This document shows positions 12,913 to 25,108 of a DNA stretch of 64,000 nt, in pieces. The position numbers were made by a program, and so were the translations under genes. The stretch spans positions 7,440,001 through 7,504,000 of the forward strand of contig CM102285.1 of the NCBI GenBank assembly GCA_046563655.1. The letters run 5' to 3'. Below the pieces are notes generated by a model, which ran no database searches, had not been told where the DNA came from, and was given only the letters and a program-made list of their open reading frames with translations. Source of the DNA: Yuukianura sp. NJ FZ-2021. Its lineage: Eukaryota. Each line of letters opens with the position of its first letter. The stretch's first letter is position 1.

Positions 12913-13960
12913 TTATTGATGTGTAACAGCAGTATCAATACTATGTTCCTGCGCTGGTTCTGTATTGTCATTAAATGTTTCAGCAATGAATTTGTTGAAT
13001 TCTGCGTCATCATCATCTCTAGAGTTAACCCACTCTTCTCTCTCCCCATCAACTCTGGTCCTTGGAGCCCTAGATGGGAGAAAGTAAAGTTTTTGTGGCC
13101 GAGATCCAATTTTGTGTTCCGGTGTACTAACTGATGGCGTCTGTGAAAAATCACAGGATCCAATATGCAACAACCTTGAGGTAGGAAGGTTGTCCGATTC
13201 TGATTGTTTCATAAAGATTGGAAAAGCGAGATTCTATTTTGAATTGTGTTGTCATATCCATAGTTACGGTCTGTTCTAATTGGTCTGTAGGTTCCACTAT
13301 CCATCTCGTAATTCCAATTCTGGCTCCACAGTGTTCCCTGGATTTGTCATAATAGTCTGTAATGCTTAAGGCCAAATCTTTGCAGATAATATGATTCGGG
13401 TTGACGAAACAATTAGAGCCGTGCGCTTCGTTAAGGAGCAATTATGGCGATGAGTCGGCCAGATGAGTATGTGCCAAACCACAACCCCTGCCGGCATTCA
13501 TCGCCAGCAAAGTCGCAATTTTCTTGCATCTGCGGAACTTCGGGTGATCTAACGTAGCCTGTATATGGATCATACTTGACGCTCACTGTTGTTAAGTAGT
13601 TGTTGATGACGTAGACCGCCCACAAGGATTTAGCTCTAATGGACGTGTCATTAATCACCAAGTGATTCCGTGTCCCCCATGTAGTGTGATTTAGCTCATA
13701 CGTGGTGTATCCGTCCGGATCCATGTGTTCTGTGTACATGGGTAGACAACTGGTAGCATTGATCGGGTTAGCAAAAGTGTTTTTAGCCTTACCGGTTTGT
13801 ATGGATTGTCGGGTTGGTTATAGGCGAACGTAATCACTTTGACACAATGATATCCCGTTATCGACTCTGAAGGAGAAATTCCGCTCCATAGGGTTAGAGA
13901 AATCATGATGGAATCTTTGATACCGTATGGGGTCTTGTCTTCAGTAATCCCATGGTCCAA
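12913..13960 (-). pseudogene. Class III fusion glycoprotein relic G2, multiply frameshifted
   Basis: GYHCVKV, TTWGTRNHL, NNYLTTVSV...CDFAGDEC and NCFVNPNHIICKDLALSIT...HCG align in order with G1 motifs. Confidence 0.6.
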
Positions 13961-14366
13961 ATCCGAGTGTAATTAGTATGAATCAGATCCGCATCTTCTT
14001 CCTCGATTAAATTGGTCAACTTCTTCTGGTGGTGGCTGAGTTTCATAGTTTTTGTGTCTCCATACAGAATTACAAATGGTGCAACGTGAGAAGTCATCTG
14101 AAGGAAAGAAAATAGTTGTCATTTAAACGCCCAACTGTCCCACTGAAAGTGTGTGTTCTTTGGTTAAGTTAAAAACGGAAATTAAATGAGAAAACTGACT
14201 GCCGAGGAGAAAGTTGCGTGAATTAGGTCTACGGGCTGGCCATGACATATGGCCATGTCTCTTAACTGGTCAGAAATTACAACTCATTTGTAATTTCTCA
14301 TCATCTATCGGTATCATCTGAATTTTAGTATTTCTCCAGTCAATGATATGTCTTTGAAAATCAATC

Positions 14367-14426
14367 ATTTTTTTTTTTTTTTATTTGTATGTAGCCGCTC
14401 CCTACGGGCCCGAAGCCCATGGAGCC
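14367..14426 (-). mobile_element. Short poly(A)-tailed retroposon 3' end
   Basis: ~16-nt T run followed by ~45 bp of GC-richer sequence; AATAAA next to the tail on the minus strand; AATCATTT on both sides may be a TSD. Confidence 0.35.
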
Positions 14427-14746
14427 AAAAAATCATTTGCCTCTAAACGGGTCACAGGGAGTTCGAATTACAGGATCATGCATTAATCGTCTTGATGGAA
14501 AGCTGAAGTTGAGAAATTGCTCAATAAGGCTAAATCAGGGTCACATTTCTTTGTGTTGATGAGCTGCTGAGTTAGGAATGTGCTAACTGTTACAATGTTA
14601 CAATGATCAGCTTCTAACTTTAACTCGTTTAGGAAAAAGTTCAAAGTACAGTTCAACTTAGATCATGACTAAACTAGGCATTAAAATGATTTTAGGTGGG
14701 GTCGATGAAAAGAAAAATTACAACACAAAATTTCGGCGTTAAAAAT

Positions 14747-15547
14747 TTAGGCTGGAAGGACGGCTCCTTCTGAGTCAACTGTAAATGTTTTGACTGAGTT
14801 CCCATTTACCATGGTCATCTTGCCTTGTCGAATCTGAAACCTGGCTCCAGGATGGTCGTCTCGTAGTTGTTTCCTGGCAGCTCTCAAAATTCCTTCTTTT
14901 TGGCGATCCATTTTCGTTCTTTCCGGATTGATGAAAATTGTCTTTAGGAACGGATCGTTGCGATGTTGAGACTTCCGCTCTAAAATGGTGAATTTATCTC
15001 GTTCTCGTAGTAGCTGCACTTGGACAAGCCTGGGTCTGTTGGTCTTCCGTCCTAATCTTCGGCATTGGCTGAAGTCAAGCGATGCAAGGCTCAGTTTTTG
15101 AAAAACGTTACGAACCGTTCCGTATAGGGTCTCAAATGATTCATCATTCGTCTCGTCAAGACCGGCGATGATGATGTTTGTGGCAATAAGCTTCTTGTTG
15201 ACACGGTTCAGTTCTTCGTCAATGGCTGTAAATCGTTCACTTACTGCAATTGGGTCAACTGTGTCGATCCCTTTTAGTTTTTCCCACATCGGTTGCCATT
15301 CTAGAAATTGTCGTACTAAGAAACGCATTTGTTCTTCTAAAGTGCCTGACAGAGGGTCAGTGGGTGGAGCTGAATCCTTGTTTTTTTTGTCGTCATTGGT
15401 CAGCGGTGAAGAAGCTGGTCGTTTTAAGGCGGAGGGCTGCAGTAGATCCGAATTAGATGCAGTAAGAGTTGACCTTGAGGTCCTTGGGGTGTTGTACGGG
15501 TTGAGTGTCGGGGAGCGGAGCAACTTTGACATTTCCACTATTGTCAC
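14747..15547 (-). CDS. Non-LTR retrotransposon ORF1 (CR1/L2/L1-type coiled coil + RRM)
   Basis: Coiled coil followed by NIIIAGLDE...RRLGRKTNRPRLVQV...IFINPERT, the usual ORF1p RRM/CTD signature; no ORF2 follows. Confidence 0.75.
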   Translation of the reverse strand: MTIVEMSKLLRSPTLNPYNTPRTSRSTLTASNSDLLQPSALKRPASSPLTNDDKKNKDSAPPTDPLSGTLEEQMRFLVRQFLEWQPMWEKLKGIDTVDPIAVSERFTAIDEELNRVNKKLIATNIIIAGLDETNDESFETLYGTVRNVFQKLSLASLDFSQCRRLGRKTNRPRLVQVQLLRERDKFTILERKSQHRNDPFLKTIFINPERTKMDRQKEGILRAARKQLRDDHPGARFQIRQGKMTMVNGNSVKTFTVDSEGAVLPA

Positions 15548-15582
15548 AATCCCAACTTAGCAAATTAGAATACAATCTATGA

Positions 15583-16822
15583 TTAGAGAGAGCAGCAATA
15601 AGATGCGACCGTCTCCGTCAGGATCTCAAATCGAACTCTCCTTGAAAAATCAATCACCACACCTTGATTATGCAAAAAATCATTTCCTAATAATACTTGT
15701 AAAGAAAAATTCGCCACCACCACCATTTTATGAATAATACGTTGATTGGCGATTTGAATATGGACCATGGACACTCCTAAGGACGGTGTCGCCGTATTCC
15801 CAATGCCTTTAAGTGTAATTTGCCTGTCAGGTTGTAAAATATTGTTTGGTTTTACAAACTTGTCATGAATAACTGATGTTTCTGCACCCGTATCTAATAG
15901 AAAATCTGTTTTATGTTGATTTACATAACCACTAACTTTTAAAAGTCCATTCATCCCAATATTACAACTAATGAAATCCTCCTGAGTTGTATCGATGTTG
16001 AAAGAATTGATTAAGGTATGTAGATGTGGAGTCGTATTGTGACTTATAATGCAAATGCAGGATTCAGAGAGTTGACCAATGGATTGACATGGGTCGCTTG
16101 TGTGGTAGGCCTCCCAACTGTCTGCGGAAGCTGAGGATTGGTCATGCCCCCCTTCCGCTGGCCGTTTTTTTTGTTGCAATCTACATGTACTATCGCTGTG
16201 ACCGGTAGATCGGTGGAGTGAACACCACTCGTTACTTTGGCAGACAGACGGAGATGGTTGTTGGGGTTTTTGGCAAAAACATGTCGCCTCCGAATGCGTA
16301 TTGGTATTATGGAATGAGCAAAACTGTTGTCGTGATTGATTTGGGGTGACGCTGGGACAGTTTGCTGCGAAATGTGAATCTGAGTTACATCGAAAACAGC
16401 GGCGACCATTCGGACAAGTAGCAGCAATATGTTGGTCTGAGTTACAGATAAAGCAGTTACCATTATTCCGCTGGGATCTGGGTGACCCAGAAAATCCACC
16501 TCGCTGCCCTCCCCTTGCGCGCACTGGTTTACTATATTCGCCAACTCGTGTGTTCACCCCACAATGTTCAGCGGTTGTATAGTCGGGTAAAATGTGTGGT
16601 TGTTTAGGTACAAATTCGGTAGTTTGTTGGGTAAGATACGTTTGCATTTGTTCAAATGACCTTATTACAACGTTCCATATTTTCTGCCTGATCGGCCAAG
16701 ATGGAAGTGGCTTGTGTCATTAGGTTTACCTCTTTCTGATGCAAAAGCATCTCGTTAGTTTCTTCAATGGAACGAACTGCTTTAAGAAAATCAGCGATCG
16801 TTTCAGGTTTTTGAACTTCGAG
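15583..16822 (-). pseudogene. Ty3/Gypsy gag-protease, 3' part (split by the Polinton)
   Basis: Two CCHC knuckles (CFICNSDQHIAATC, CFRCNSDSHFAANC), CxxH-H-C motifs, aspartic protease FLLDTGAETSVI...LLGNDFL; truncated before RT. Confidence 0.85.
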
Positions 16823-16913
16823 AGTAGAGAGTAAGTGAGGACTTCAGCACCCTCCTATTTTTAGAACAGCCACGGGGGTTAGTCGGCCGCAATATTGGGG
16901 AGGGAAAAACTCA
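16823..16913 (+). repeat. Left terminal inverted repeat (~91 bp)
   Basis: Identical to the reverse complement of the right end for 87 bp, then a 1-nt indel in an A run and CTCA. Confidence 0.97.
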
Positions 16914-17052
16914 AAAGTCCTTGTTTGAACTTGACAATTCCTAGAATTTTCCAACACCCGAGGCCTAACAAATTCCAAAACCTTTTAAACGAAAGTTCTT
17001 GTTTGAACTTGTCAATTCCTTGAACTCTCCAACGCCCAAAGCAAAAACAAAT
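16914..17052 (+). repeat. Left subterminal imperfect direct repeat (2 x ~60 bp)
   Basis: 'aaagt(c/t)cttgtttgaacttg(a/t)caattcct(a/t)gaa...ccaac' at ~16914 and ~16992. Confidence 0.75.
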
Positions 17053-17168
17053 ACTTTTGTGTATTACAAAGTTAAAAAGTTGTTCATTTTCAGCTTCTCT
17101 CTTGCCGCGTCAACAACTGAAAAAACTTTTTAAAACAGTAATTGCAAAGTAAATTTGTTATTGTCGAA

Positions 17169-17942
17169 ATGGCATATCAATTCGATTTCGATCGACTCCC
17201 ATACCTGTGCCAATTAGAAATATTTTCAAATTTGGACAGGTCTAGCGCTTTGCAGCTGGTTAAAGTATTTCCAGACTCCTTAGACATTCTCAAGCCAATA
17301 CTTGACAAGATGGGCGCCAAAGTTGCAGAGTACACCCCATTTATGATAAGTGTTGGTGAGACGCACATCGTTCATCTTGATTTCAATAAGAAACAAATGT
17401 TTAGAGTTGTGCTGGCAGGTCTAAAAAGTTTTCCGATTGGACGCGTCCTTACGGCGAAAAACTTTGTAACTGCGATTGCACCACACAGGACGACAGTCGA
17501 AATCTCGCTATTCAAAAATTGTTCCATCGAAGACCTCTTACCCCTCACCGAAAAATTTGACTTTGAGCGCGGGATTTTTCGGGATGACACTGTAATCAAC
17601 ATCACACCTCATCGCTACAGCTGCAGATACGAAACGTACGGCTGCAGATACGAAACGTATCAAGCCCTTGGAAGTATTGAAGACGCACGACATCGCGGGG
17701 AGAGAAATCAGGAACTCCGGCGGCTACTTCTGGAGTCATCCATTGAATTTGACAAAGAGTTGGAAGAATCTCATCGAAAATACCAATTAAAAATGCGAGA
17801 AGAAAAATTGCAACGTTTGCGCGAAGAAAAATTCCAACGATGGATTCGTCGTCGGAAGGAATTGAAACAATCTGCTGCTTTTTTTAAGCTAAACATATAT
17901 CGTCGTCGCTTGGCTCTTCAGCGTTTGAGCAAACGTAACTAA
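17169..17942 (+). CDS. Polinton-borne F-box-like protein with basic coiled C-terminus (257 aa)
   Basis: N-terminal FDRLPYLCQLEIFSNLDRSSALQLVKV fits the F-box pattern; E/K/R-rich C-terminus; AATAAA immediately after the stop. Confidence 0.7.
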   Translation: MAYQFDFDRLPYLCQLEIFSNLDRSSALQLVKVFPDSLDILKPILDKMGAKVAEYTPFMISVGETHIVHLDFNKKQMFRVVLAGLKSFPIGRVLTAKNFVTAIAPHRTTVEISLFKNCSIEDLLPLTEKFDFERGIFRDDTVINITPHRYSCRYETYGCRYETYQALGSIEDARHRGERNQELRRLLLESSIEFDKELEESHRKYQLKMREEKLQRLREEKFQRWIRRRKELKQSAAFFKLNIYRRRLALQRLSKRN

Positions 17943-18147
17943 ATAAAACGACAATAAATTTTTGAAATAATTAAATTATTTATAATGTTGTAATAAATGT
18001 TAAAAGTAAAAAATTTAAAAATTTTAAATATAAAGTAAATTGTATTCTTTATAATAAATTAAGAAGTTATAAAGTTAAAAAAAGTTGAATAAAAAAATCA
18101 AATCAAACAAAACAATTTTAAGACTGTTTAACGTTTTTCTTGACGGT

Positions 18148-19674
18148 TTACGGGTCACCCTTACAAATGCGGGCCTTCCTAGCATACTTGATAATAAGGT
18201 TGTATGTCTTCCGCACTCCAGCAAGGTCGATGTGGTTGTGGACATCAGCATTTCCATGTTCAGCGACCATTCGCGCAGCGTGACAAGCAATTCTTCCACA
18301 GTTGTTGGCCGGTCCCAATGATGAGTATAAGATGTTGCGATTAAAGTTGGCGTAGTCCCATCGAATGGAATAATTCATTTTGAATTTGTGGCGGAGAACT
18401 CTGTCCAGTTGAATTCTCACATTGAAGAGCCTTGCTGGTGCAAATGTGTCATAGAAGTATCCGCACCTAAAATTAAAAAACAGTATAATTAAGCAAATGC
18501 TAGCCCACAATGAAGTAAAATAATAAATGAAAACTTACCAATTTTTGATGTCAACAGCTACTAGTAGGATATGGCCTGGAATTTTCACGCTAACCAGCAC
18601 GATCTCAGTGTCCGATGGCATGGCCAAAAACGGTACATCAATAATGCCCAACACGTCCATTGTCGGGCTCATAAACGATGTCGCTCTTAGGTCGTAGTAA
18701 GGACAACCCAAAGCCGGCTGGATATCTTCCGACACGTTCCACTTCACACAACGCCATGCCTGCTCCGTCGGGATGTAGTGAATTTTTTTCCCTGAAGCTC
18801 TGACATCTTCCATCAGTTTCTACACAAAAACAGAACAAATTTATGATTAGTATTTAAAATTTAAAAAATATAAAAAAGTATAATTGTAAAATAAAACTCA
18901 ACTTACCGTCATGAATGCGATAAAAACAGTAGGAAAGGTTCCACTAGTCGGATTTTTCCGAAGCTCATCCACGTGAGATTTCGCCACCTTAACGACGCCG
19001 TGATCGTAGTACTTCTCTTTGCACTTGAGTGGGAATTCCCTTGCCCAGTACAAATCTGCAGCGGGGATTTCCGTTTTAATTTGTGCAGTGTCCGGAAGTG
19101 GTGTGTAGTTGACTGAATCCGTCCAGTCTGCGCGATGTTCCGGAAGGATATTCTTGAGCATGAAGTACGAATGTACTTCCTGGAGTCCGCGCTGTGTACG
19201 AACAATTCCGTTGACCATATTGATGAGCTCGTTGCGATCAGTGGTTGGGTTTCTGAAGTTTTGAAATAAAGTTAACAAATTGTCGTGTTTAAACTGTTTT
19301 TAAAATTGAAATTAACTGTTTTTAAAATTTAAATTAACTGTTTTTAATTTGTGTAATAAAGTTTTTAATGAAAAGCAAACTTACCTGATTGCTCTAAATC
19401 TATCGACGACTGCCGAGTAATCGACGCGAATCTCCCGAGGAACTCCGAGAGGTTTACCTCTCATGTCGAGGAGCAACACTTCCAAGATTTCTTCCCAGTG
19501 GTCGTAAAAGTACTGTGGAAGAGGCTGTTCCGCAGCAATAGCGTCGACATACTTTTGATTTTCACTGGCTTTGCGCATGAGTTCTTGAAGGGGCTGATTC
19601 TGCACTGGCACAGATGCTGGATTCAGCCGAATAAGCGGCGCTGGCGGTGGAACTAACGATGATGAAGATGACAT
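18148..19674 (-). CDS. 4-exon Ulp1/SENP-like clan CE cysteine protease (411 aa)
   Basis: Exons 19674-19385, 19252-18907, 18819-18539 and 18466-18148, all GT-AG and phase-compatible (1236 nt). Spliced product has GHILLVAVDIKNWCGYFYDTF (His, Asp) and NNCGRIAC (Cys). Confidence 0.75.
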
Positions 19675-20338
19675 TGTTTTGAACTTTAACGTTAAACGTT
19701 AATTTAAAAGTTTTTAAAGTTTTAAGCAAACTTTGCTTTACTTGAAAAAGTTTTAGTTGTTGTGTAGCTTTTGGCTGTGAACTGAATGTGAATGTGAACA
19801 TGCAGAACAAGCCACCCCCTCCACTTTGCTATTTCGAGATTGGAATTTTGAAAATTTAAAAAAAAAAAAAAAATTTCAGTTTTTTTACATTTTGTCACTA
19901 ATCAGTGCTTAAAGTACTGATTTCAACACACATTTGCCTGGCGAATCCGCTGGTGCAATTTGTTTTCACATAAACTTAATGCATTAAAAGTTACAGCCAC
20001 TTAAAGTCGCGCTTATTTTTAACACTAATTCGAACGTTTTTTCCATGTGGCTTATGCTTTTCAAAATTTAAAGACTCATAAAGGTTACTCCCCAACACAG
20101 AATTTGATGGGGAATCGAGCGCTGGTTTTAGTTTTCATTTAACGCTTCTCTGAAAAAAGTTACAACAGAAAAACCGATTTTTCAGTGACTTTTCAAAATG
20201 GATGTTGGAAACATAAATAAATTATAAGAACAACTGTCCTATAAAACGGCTTCTTAACATTTCATTGACACTTTTTTAACTATTATTAACAATGATATCA
20301 TTTTTTAGTGATTCTTCAGTGATTTTTCAGTGCTTTTT

Positions 20339-20521
20339 CAGAGGAAATTTTTAATAAAATTCGATTTCACATTTTGGAGCTTGTTTATTCTGATTATTTG
20401 ATTATTTATTAACTGACATTAACTATGATCCCATTTTTTAGTGATTTTTCAGTGATTTCTCAGAGGAAATTTTTAATAAAATTCGATTTCACATTTTGGA
20501 GCTTGTTTATTCTGATTATTT
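20339..20521 (+). repeat. 61-bp perfect direct repeat upstream of PolB
   Basis: 'cagaggaaatttttaataaaattcgatttcacattttggagcttgtttattctgattattt' at 20339-20399 and 20461-20521. Confidence 0.85.
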
Positions 20522-20598
20522 AATTATTTATAGCTAAATAACAACATTATTTTGGAAATTCACAAATGTATTTTACATAAATTCACAGCTTTGAAAAC

Positions 20599-23500
20599 AT
20601 GGCGAAAAGATCTGCATCTCCCGCTCCGGGTCCATCATCTAAGCGCGGATGTCACACATGTGAAATCTGCAACGAAAAGTTCCCATGCGCAAATCAGCTG
20701 CTCATCCACATTCACATTCAGCATGAAGAAGAGGACGAGACTGTCACCGAAGGAACAAAACAACTTCCACAGATGCCCACAGATGGCCCAGGCGTTCTTT
20801 CCATGTACCGTGAAATGAAATGTCCACCATGCAATCTGACATTTCCGTGTCGCGATGAAATGCAAAAACATTTTTACGAAGTTCATCCAGATTTTTTCTC
20901 TGATCTGACGCAAGACGGAGGTCAACTTCAAACAAATTTGGAGCCAATAACTGTAGAACCACTTTTCACATCGCTAAACACAGTGACACAATACCGTGCG
21001 ATATTTCAAGACTTCAAATGTGAAAATGGCGTAGATGAACGTGATTTTCTAAAGTGTGTCTACGATTCATCAGCAACATGTATCAAAAAAGACAGAAAGA
21101 AATGGAAAAACGTCAAAGTTTTCTTCTCTATGGTATGTAATTTTACAAAGTCTTATATCAACGGTACAGTCGAGACAAACCGCGGCTGTTTCACATCATT
21201 TCGCCATCTTGTTTACACTGATGAAAGTATTCCAAAGGTGTGGAATATTATGGGTCATCAGATGTCAAACCAAATTGAAAACTTTACGAATGAGGGAAGT
21301 GGGTGGGACTTGGCCTATATTTCCGAGTTTAAATTCGTCACCGCCAAATACCAATTTACCAAAATTGGAACTTTTATTGAAACGCCATTCCCTCTTTCCG
21401 AACACAACAAAACATTGTTAAACATTGACAATAGTGAAGTGACACCGTCAAACTCTCACAATCAGTGCTTCCTTTGGGCTGTTCTCGCTCATGATAAAAT
21501 AGTTGGAGCGACTCTTGGAAGAAATCGTTACAAAGTGGACAAGAAGGTCAAAACTTACGCCCCCCACGCATCAAAGGTAAACACTCAAGGTTTACACTGG
21601 CCAATGACACTACAGCAGCTCCCACGTTTTGAGCAACTCAATCCCGACATCTCAATAACAGTTCTCGGCTATGACATGGATGCTCCAAGTCCTCCACCGC
21701 GAAAAAACGATGCTACTCGTCAAAGGTCAAAGGCAGCGCAAAAGGAAGACCTCGACTTGTTCAAATGTATGCAGGAGAATATTTCAATCCTCTACAACTC
21801 GAAAGAATCCAAACAGATTCACGTGGACTTGATGTGTCTGATGCATGGCAACAACGCTCACTTTCTTCTAATCCGAAATCTTGAAGCACTAATGAAGCCT
21901 CCGAATTGTCACCGTACGTTGCACATTTGTCGCAATTGTCTTTCAAACTTTACACTTGAAAAAACGCTGAAAGAACATATTCCCTACTGTGCTGCGCTGG
22001 GCCTCCAAAAAGTTAAATACCCAGAGGGGGATAAGTGCAAGCTGAAATTTGACAAATGGGCACGTACTCAGCCAATTCCATTCCGCTTCTACGCAGATTT
22101 TGAAGCATTCCTCAACAAGTTTGACTCTACATGTGAACACGAAGTCTGTCGCCAACGGCATAAGGCGAAAATGACTGGATCAAAAGAAAAAGAAGTCAAG
22201 GAAAACACCGGTCGTGTTAATATACACAAACCATGTGGATATGCATGGGTTTGCGTTGACTTTAACGGTAACCGTCGCTATGGAGAGTGCTATCACATGA
22301 CAGACGATGACGAAGACGTGGCTGCACACTTTGTTGCGAGCATTCTCAGATACTCCAAGACTCTTCAGAAGGAAGTTGACGAATATGAGAGGATTGCTCC
22401 AAGAATGTTGGATCAAAACATGACCCGAGAACAGTGTGAAGCTTCAGAACGTGAAACAAAATGCTGTTTTTGTGAAAAAGCATTTTGTTTTGGTGAAACA
22501 AGAGTTCGTCACCACACACATCTACCACCTTTCAATTACATTGGAATGGCACATCAGTTCTGCAACATCGAGGCACAAATTAAAAAGGAATTTCCAGTAT
22601 TCCTTCACAACTTTTCTTCCTACGACGTCCACTTCCTCATCCAATCAATGGGGAAGCTGACAGAAGACAAAATCATCAAAAGCGTTGATGTCATACCGAA
22701 GAGTAGCGAAAAGTACTTGTGCGTGACCATCACTCCAGAGTATTCAGGAGAAGCAGAGGAAGAAGAAGACGAGGACGACTTGGTTGGGAACGCTAGAAGA
22801 AGACAAAAGTACAAACTACGATTCACAGACAGTCTCGGCTTCACTCTCAAATCCTTGGATAGTTTAGTGAAGGTAATGCGTCAGGACCCGAATGCCAAAT
22901 TCGGAATTACAAGACAGAAATTTCAGCAGGAAGTTAATAACGGTGGCAACATTGACCTCCTTTTTAAAAAAGGTGCATACCCCTATTCACTGATGAAATC
23001 GTGCGAGGATTTTGAGATGACTAGTCTACCGCCAAAGGAAGCATTTTTCAACGATTTAACCGAATCACCGATTCAAGATGAAGTCTACGAACATGCTGAG
23101 AATGTCTGGCGAAGCTTTAATATACAGAACATGGGTGAGTGGCATGACCTTTACGTTAGGCTTGACGTCTCACTGCTTGCTGATGTCATGGAGGGACTTC
23201 GAAAGCTGATGATGGACAGCTACGGTCTGGAACTGGGTCATTATTATTCACTTCCTATGATGGCAATCGATTGCGCTCTAAAAAAGTCTGGGGTTGAACT
23301 GGAACTAATCACAGATCCTACCATGCATTGCTGGTTTGAACGTGCAATAAGAGGTAAGTTTTTATTAAATTTTTACACTTTTATAAGTTGAACCTAACTA
23401 ACCTAACCTAAAAACTTTTCTTCTCAATTAGGTGGCTATGTCAGTGTGGGGTCACAACGTTCTGCAGTTGCAAACAATCCCTTTATGGCTGAGGAGTTTA

Positions 23501-24988
23501 ACCCAGAGAAACCGACGAGTTACATAACTTACATTGACGCAAATAATTTATATGGAAAATCAATGTGTCAGAAGCTTCCGGTTGCATCTTTTCGATGGCT
23601 GACAACCTCACAAATGGAACAAATTTTAGGGAACATTAACAGCTTTATGCTGGAAACGGACAGATGCGTGGATACCGGCTATTGGTTGGAGGTTGACCTC
23701 GAAATTGATCCCAAACTCCATGCGCAGTTAAATGACTATCCGCCAGCTCCCATCACGCGAACTGTTACGATGGATGAACTCTCAGAACATCAGCATAACC
23801 AAATTGAAGACCTCAACTCTGGGCCTGGATTGTTCAAAGTTAAAAAACTTGTTGCAGATTTGAACAACAAAGAGAGCTACATCCTTCATTATGAAATTCT
23901 CAAACAATATCTGGCGATGGGTGTCAAGGTTACCAAAATTCACAGAGGCGTTTCTTTTACTCAGAGTGATTGGATGAAGAACTTTATAGATTTTAACACG
24001 GAAATGAGGAAGAAGGCGACCAGCGATTTTGCTAAGGACTTTTGGAAGTTGCTCAATAACTCTGCATTTGGCAAGACTATTGAACAAGTTCGAAATCGGC
24101 AGAATGTTCGAATTGTAACAACCGTTGAGAAGGCTTTATACTACAACAAAAAGCCGACAGTTCAGAACGTAATTCCAATCAACGAAACAACATGTATTTT
24201 CGTGATGAAGAAGCTCCAAGTGACACTCAACAAACCAATTTTCACTGGAGTCACAGTCCTTGACCTTGCCAAGAGTATCATGTATCGACATCACAGAGAG
24301 GGAATGCAAGCTCGATATGGAGACAAGTGTCGTCTTATTTACACTGACACAGGTAAGTTCTATAAAATTAAATTCTTAATAACTGCAATAAGTTTACAAT
24401 TAATAGTTAAAAAACTCCAAGAAGGATTACAATTTTCTCTTTCTTGTTACAGATTCCTTCATTTATCACATTGAAACCAAAGATCTCTACCAGGACATGC
24501 TTGAAAACAGAGAGCTTTACGACATGAGCGAGTATCCAGCCGATCACCCACAATTTGGAAAGTTTCACGATCCGGCAAACAAGAAAGTCCTTGGAAAATT
24601 CAAAGATGAAGCTGCTGGCGCTGTCATTACACACGTCTACTGTCCAAGGCCAAAGATGTACACTATCCGATCCCTAAAGGTGGCACAAATCGACGGGGAG
24701 TACCAGAAGAAGCCGGATGGCGGTTGGCTCATGAAGGATGACTATACCAAGAAGGCAAAAGGAATAACCAAGACGGCAGTGAACGGACAAGTCAAGTTTG
24801 AAGACTATGAAAAAGTTTTGCAGGAAAACGTTCAAACGATGGTTACAATGAGGGGTTTTCGAAGTGTAGAACATCGAATTTTCACAGAGGTAACCATGAA
24901 GAGGGCTCTCAACGGATTGGACACCAAGAGATATGCTGTAGATAGTGTTAATACTTTAGCTTTTGGTCATAAAGATATTCCAAAATAA
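20599..24988 (+). CDS. polB: Protein-primed family B DNA polymerase, 3 exons, 1403 aa
   Basis: Exons 20599-23353, 23432-24352, 24453-24988. Exo motifs YADFE, HNFSSYD, LYVRLDV; Pol motifs IRGG, YIDANNLYG, KLLNNSAFGK, YTDTDS (restored by splicing). N-terminal C2H2 fingers, vOTU-like CFLWAV/HF, Endo VII-like CCFC...HHTH...AHQFCN. Confidence 0.95.
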
Positions 24989-25108
24989 TACTTTTAATTA
25001 AATCTTTACACTATTATATTTTTATATTTTGTGTTATATGATTTTTAATTGTATATTAAACCAGTAAATTTCTGAAATTGAGTTTAGTCGTCATTTGTTC
25101 TTTGAACC

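Noticed and set aside
23354..24496. PolB as a frameshifted pseudogene in three pieces
   Set aside because: Both breaks are bounded by GTAAGT and polypyrimidine-AG, and splicing restores RGG and YTDTDS exactly.
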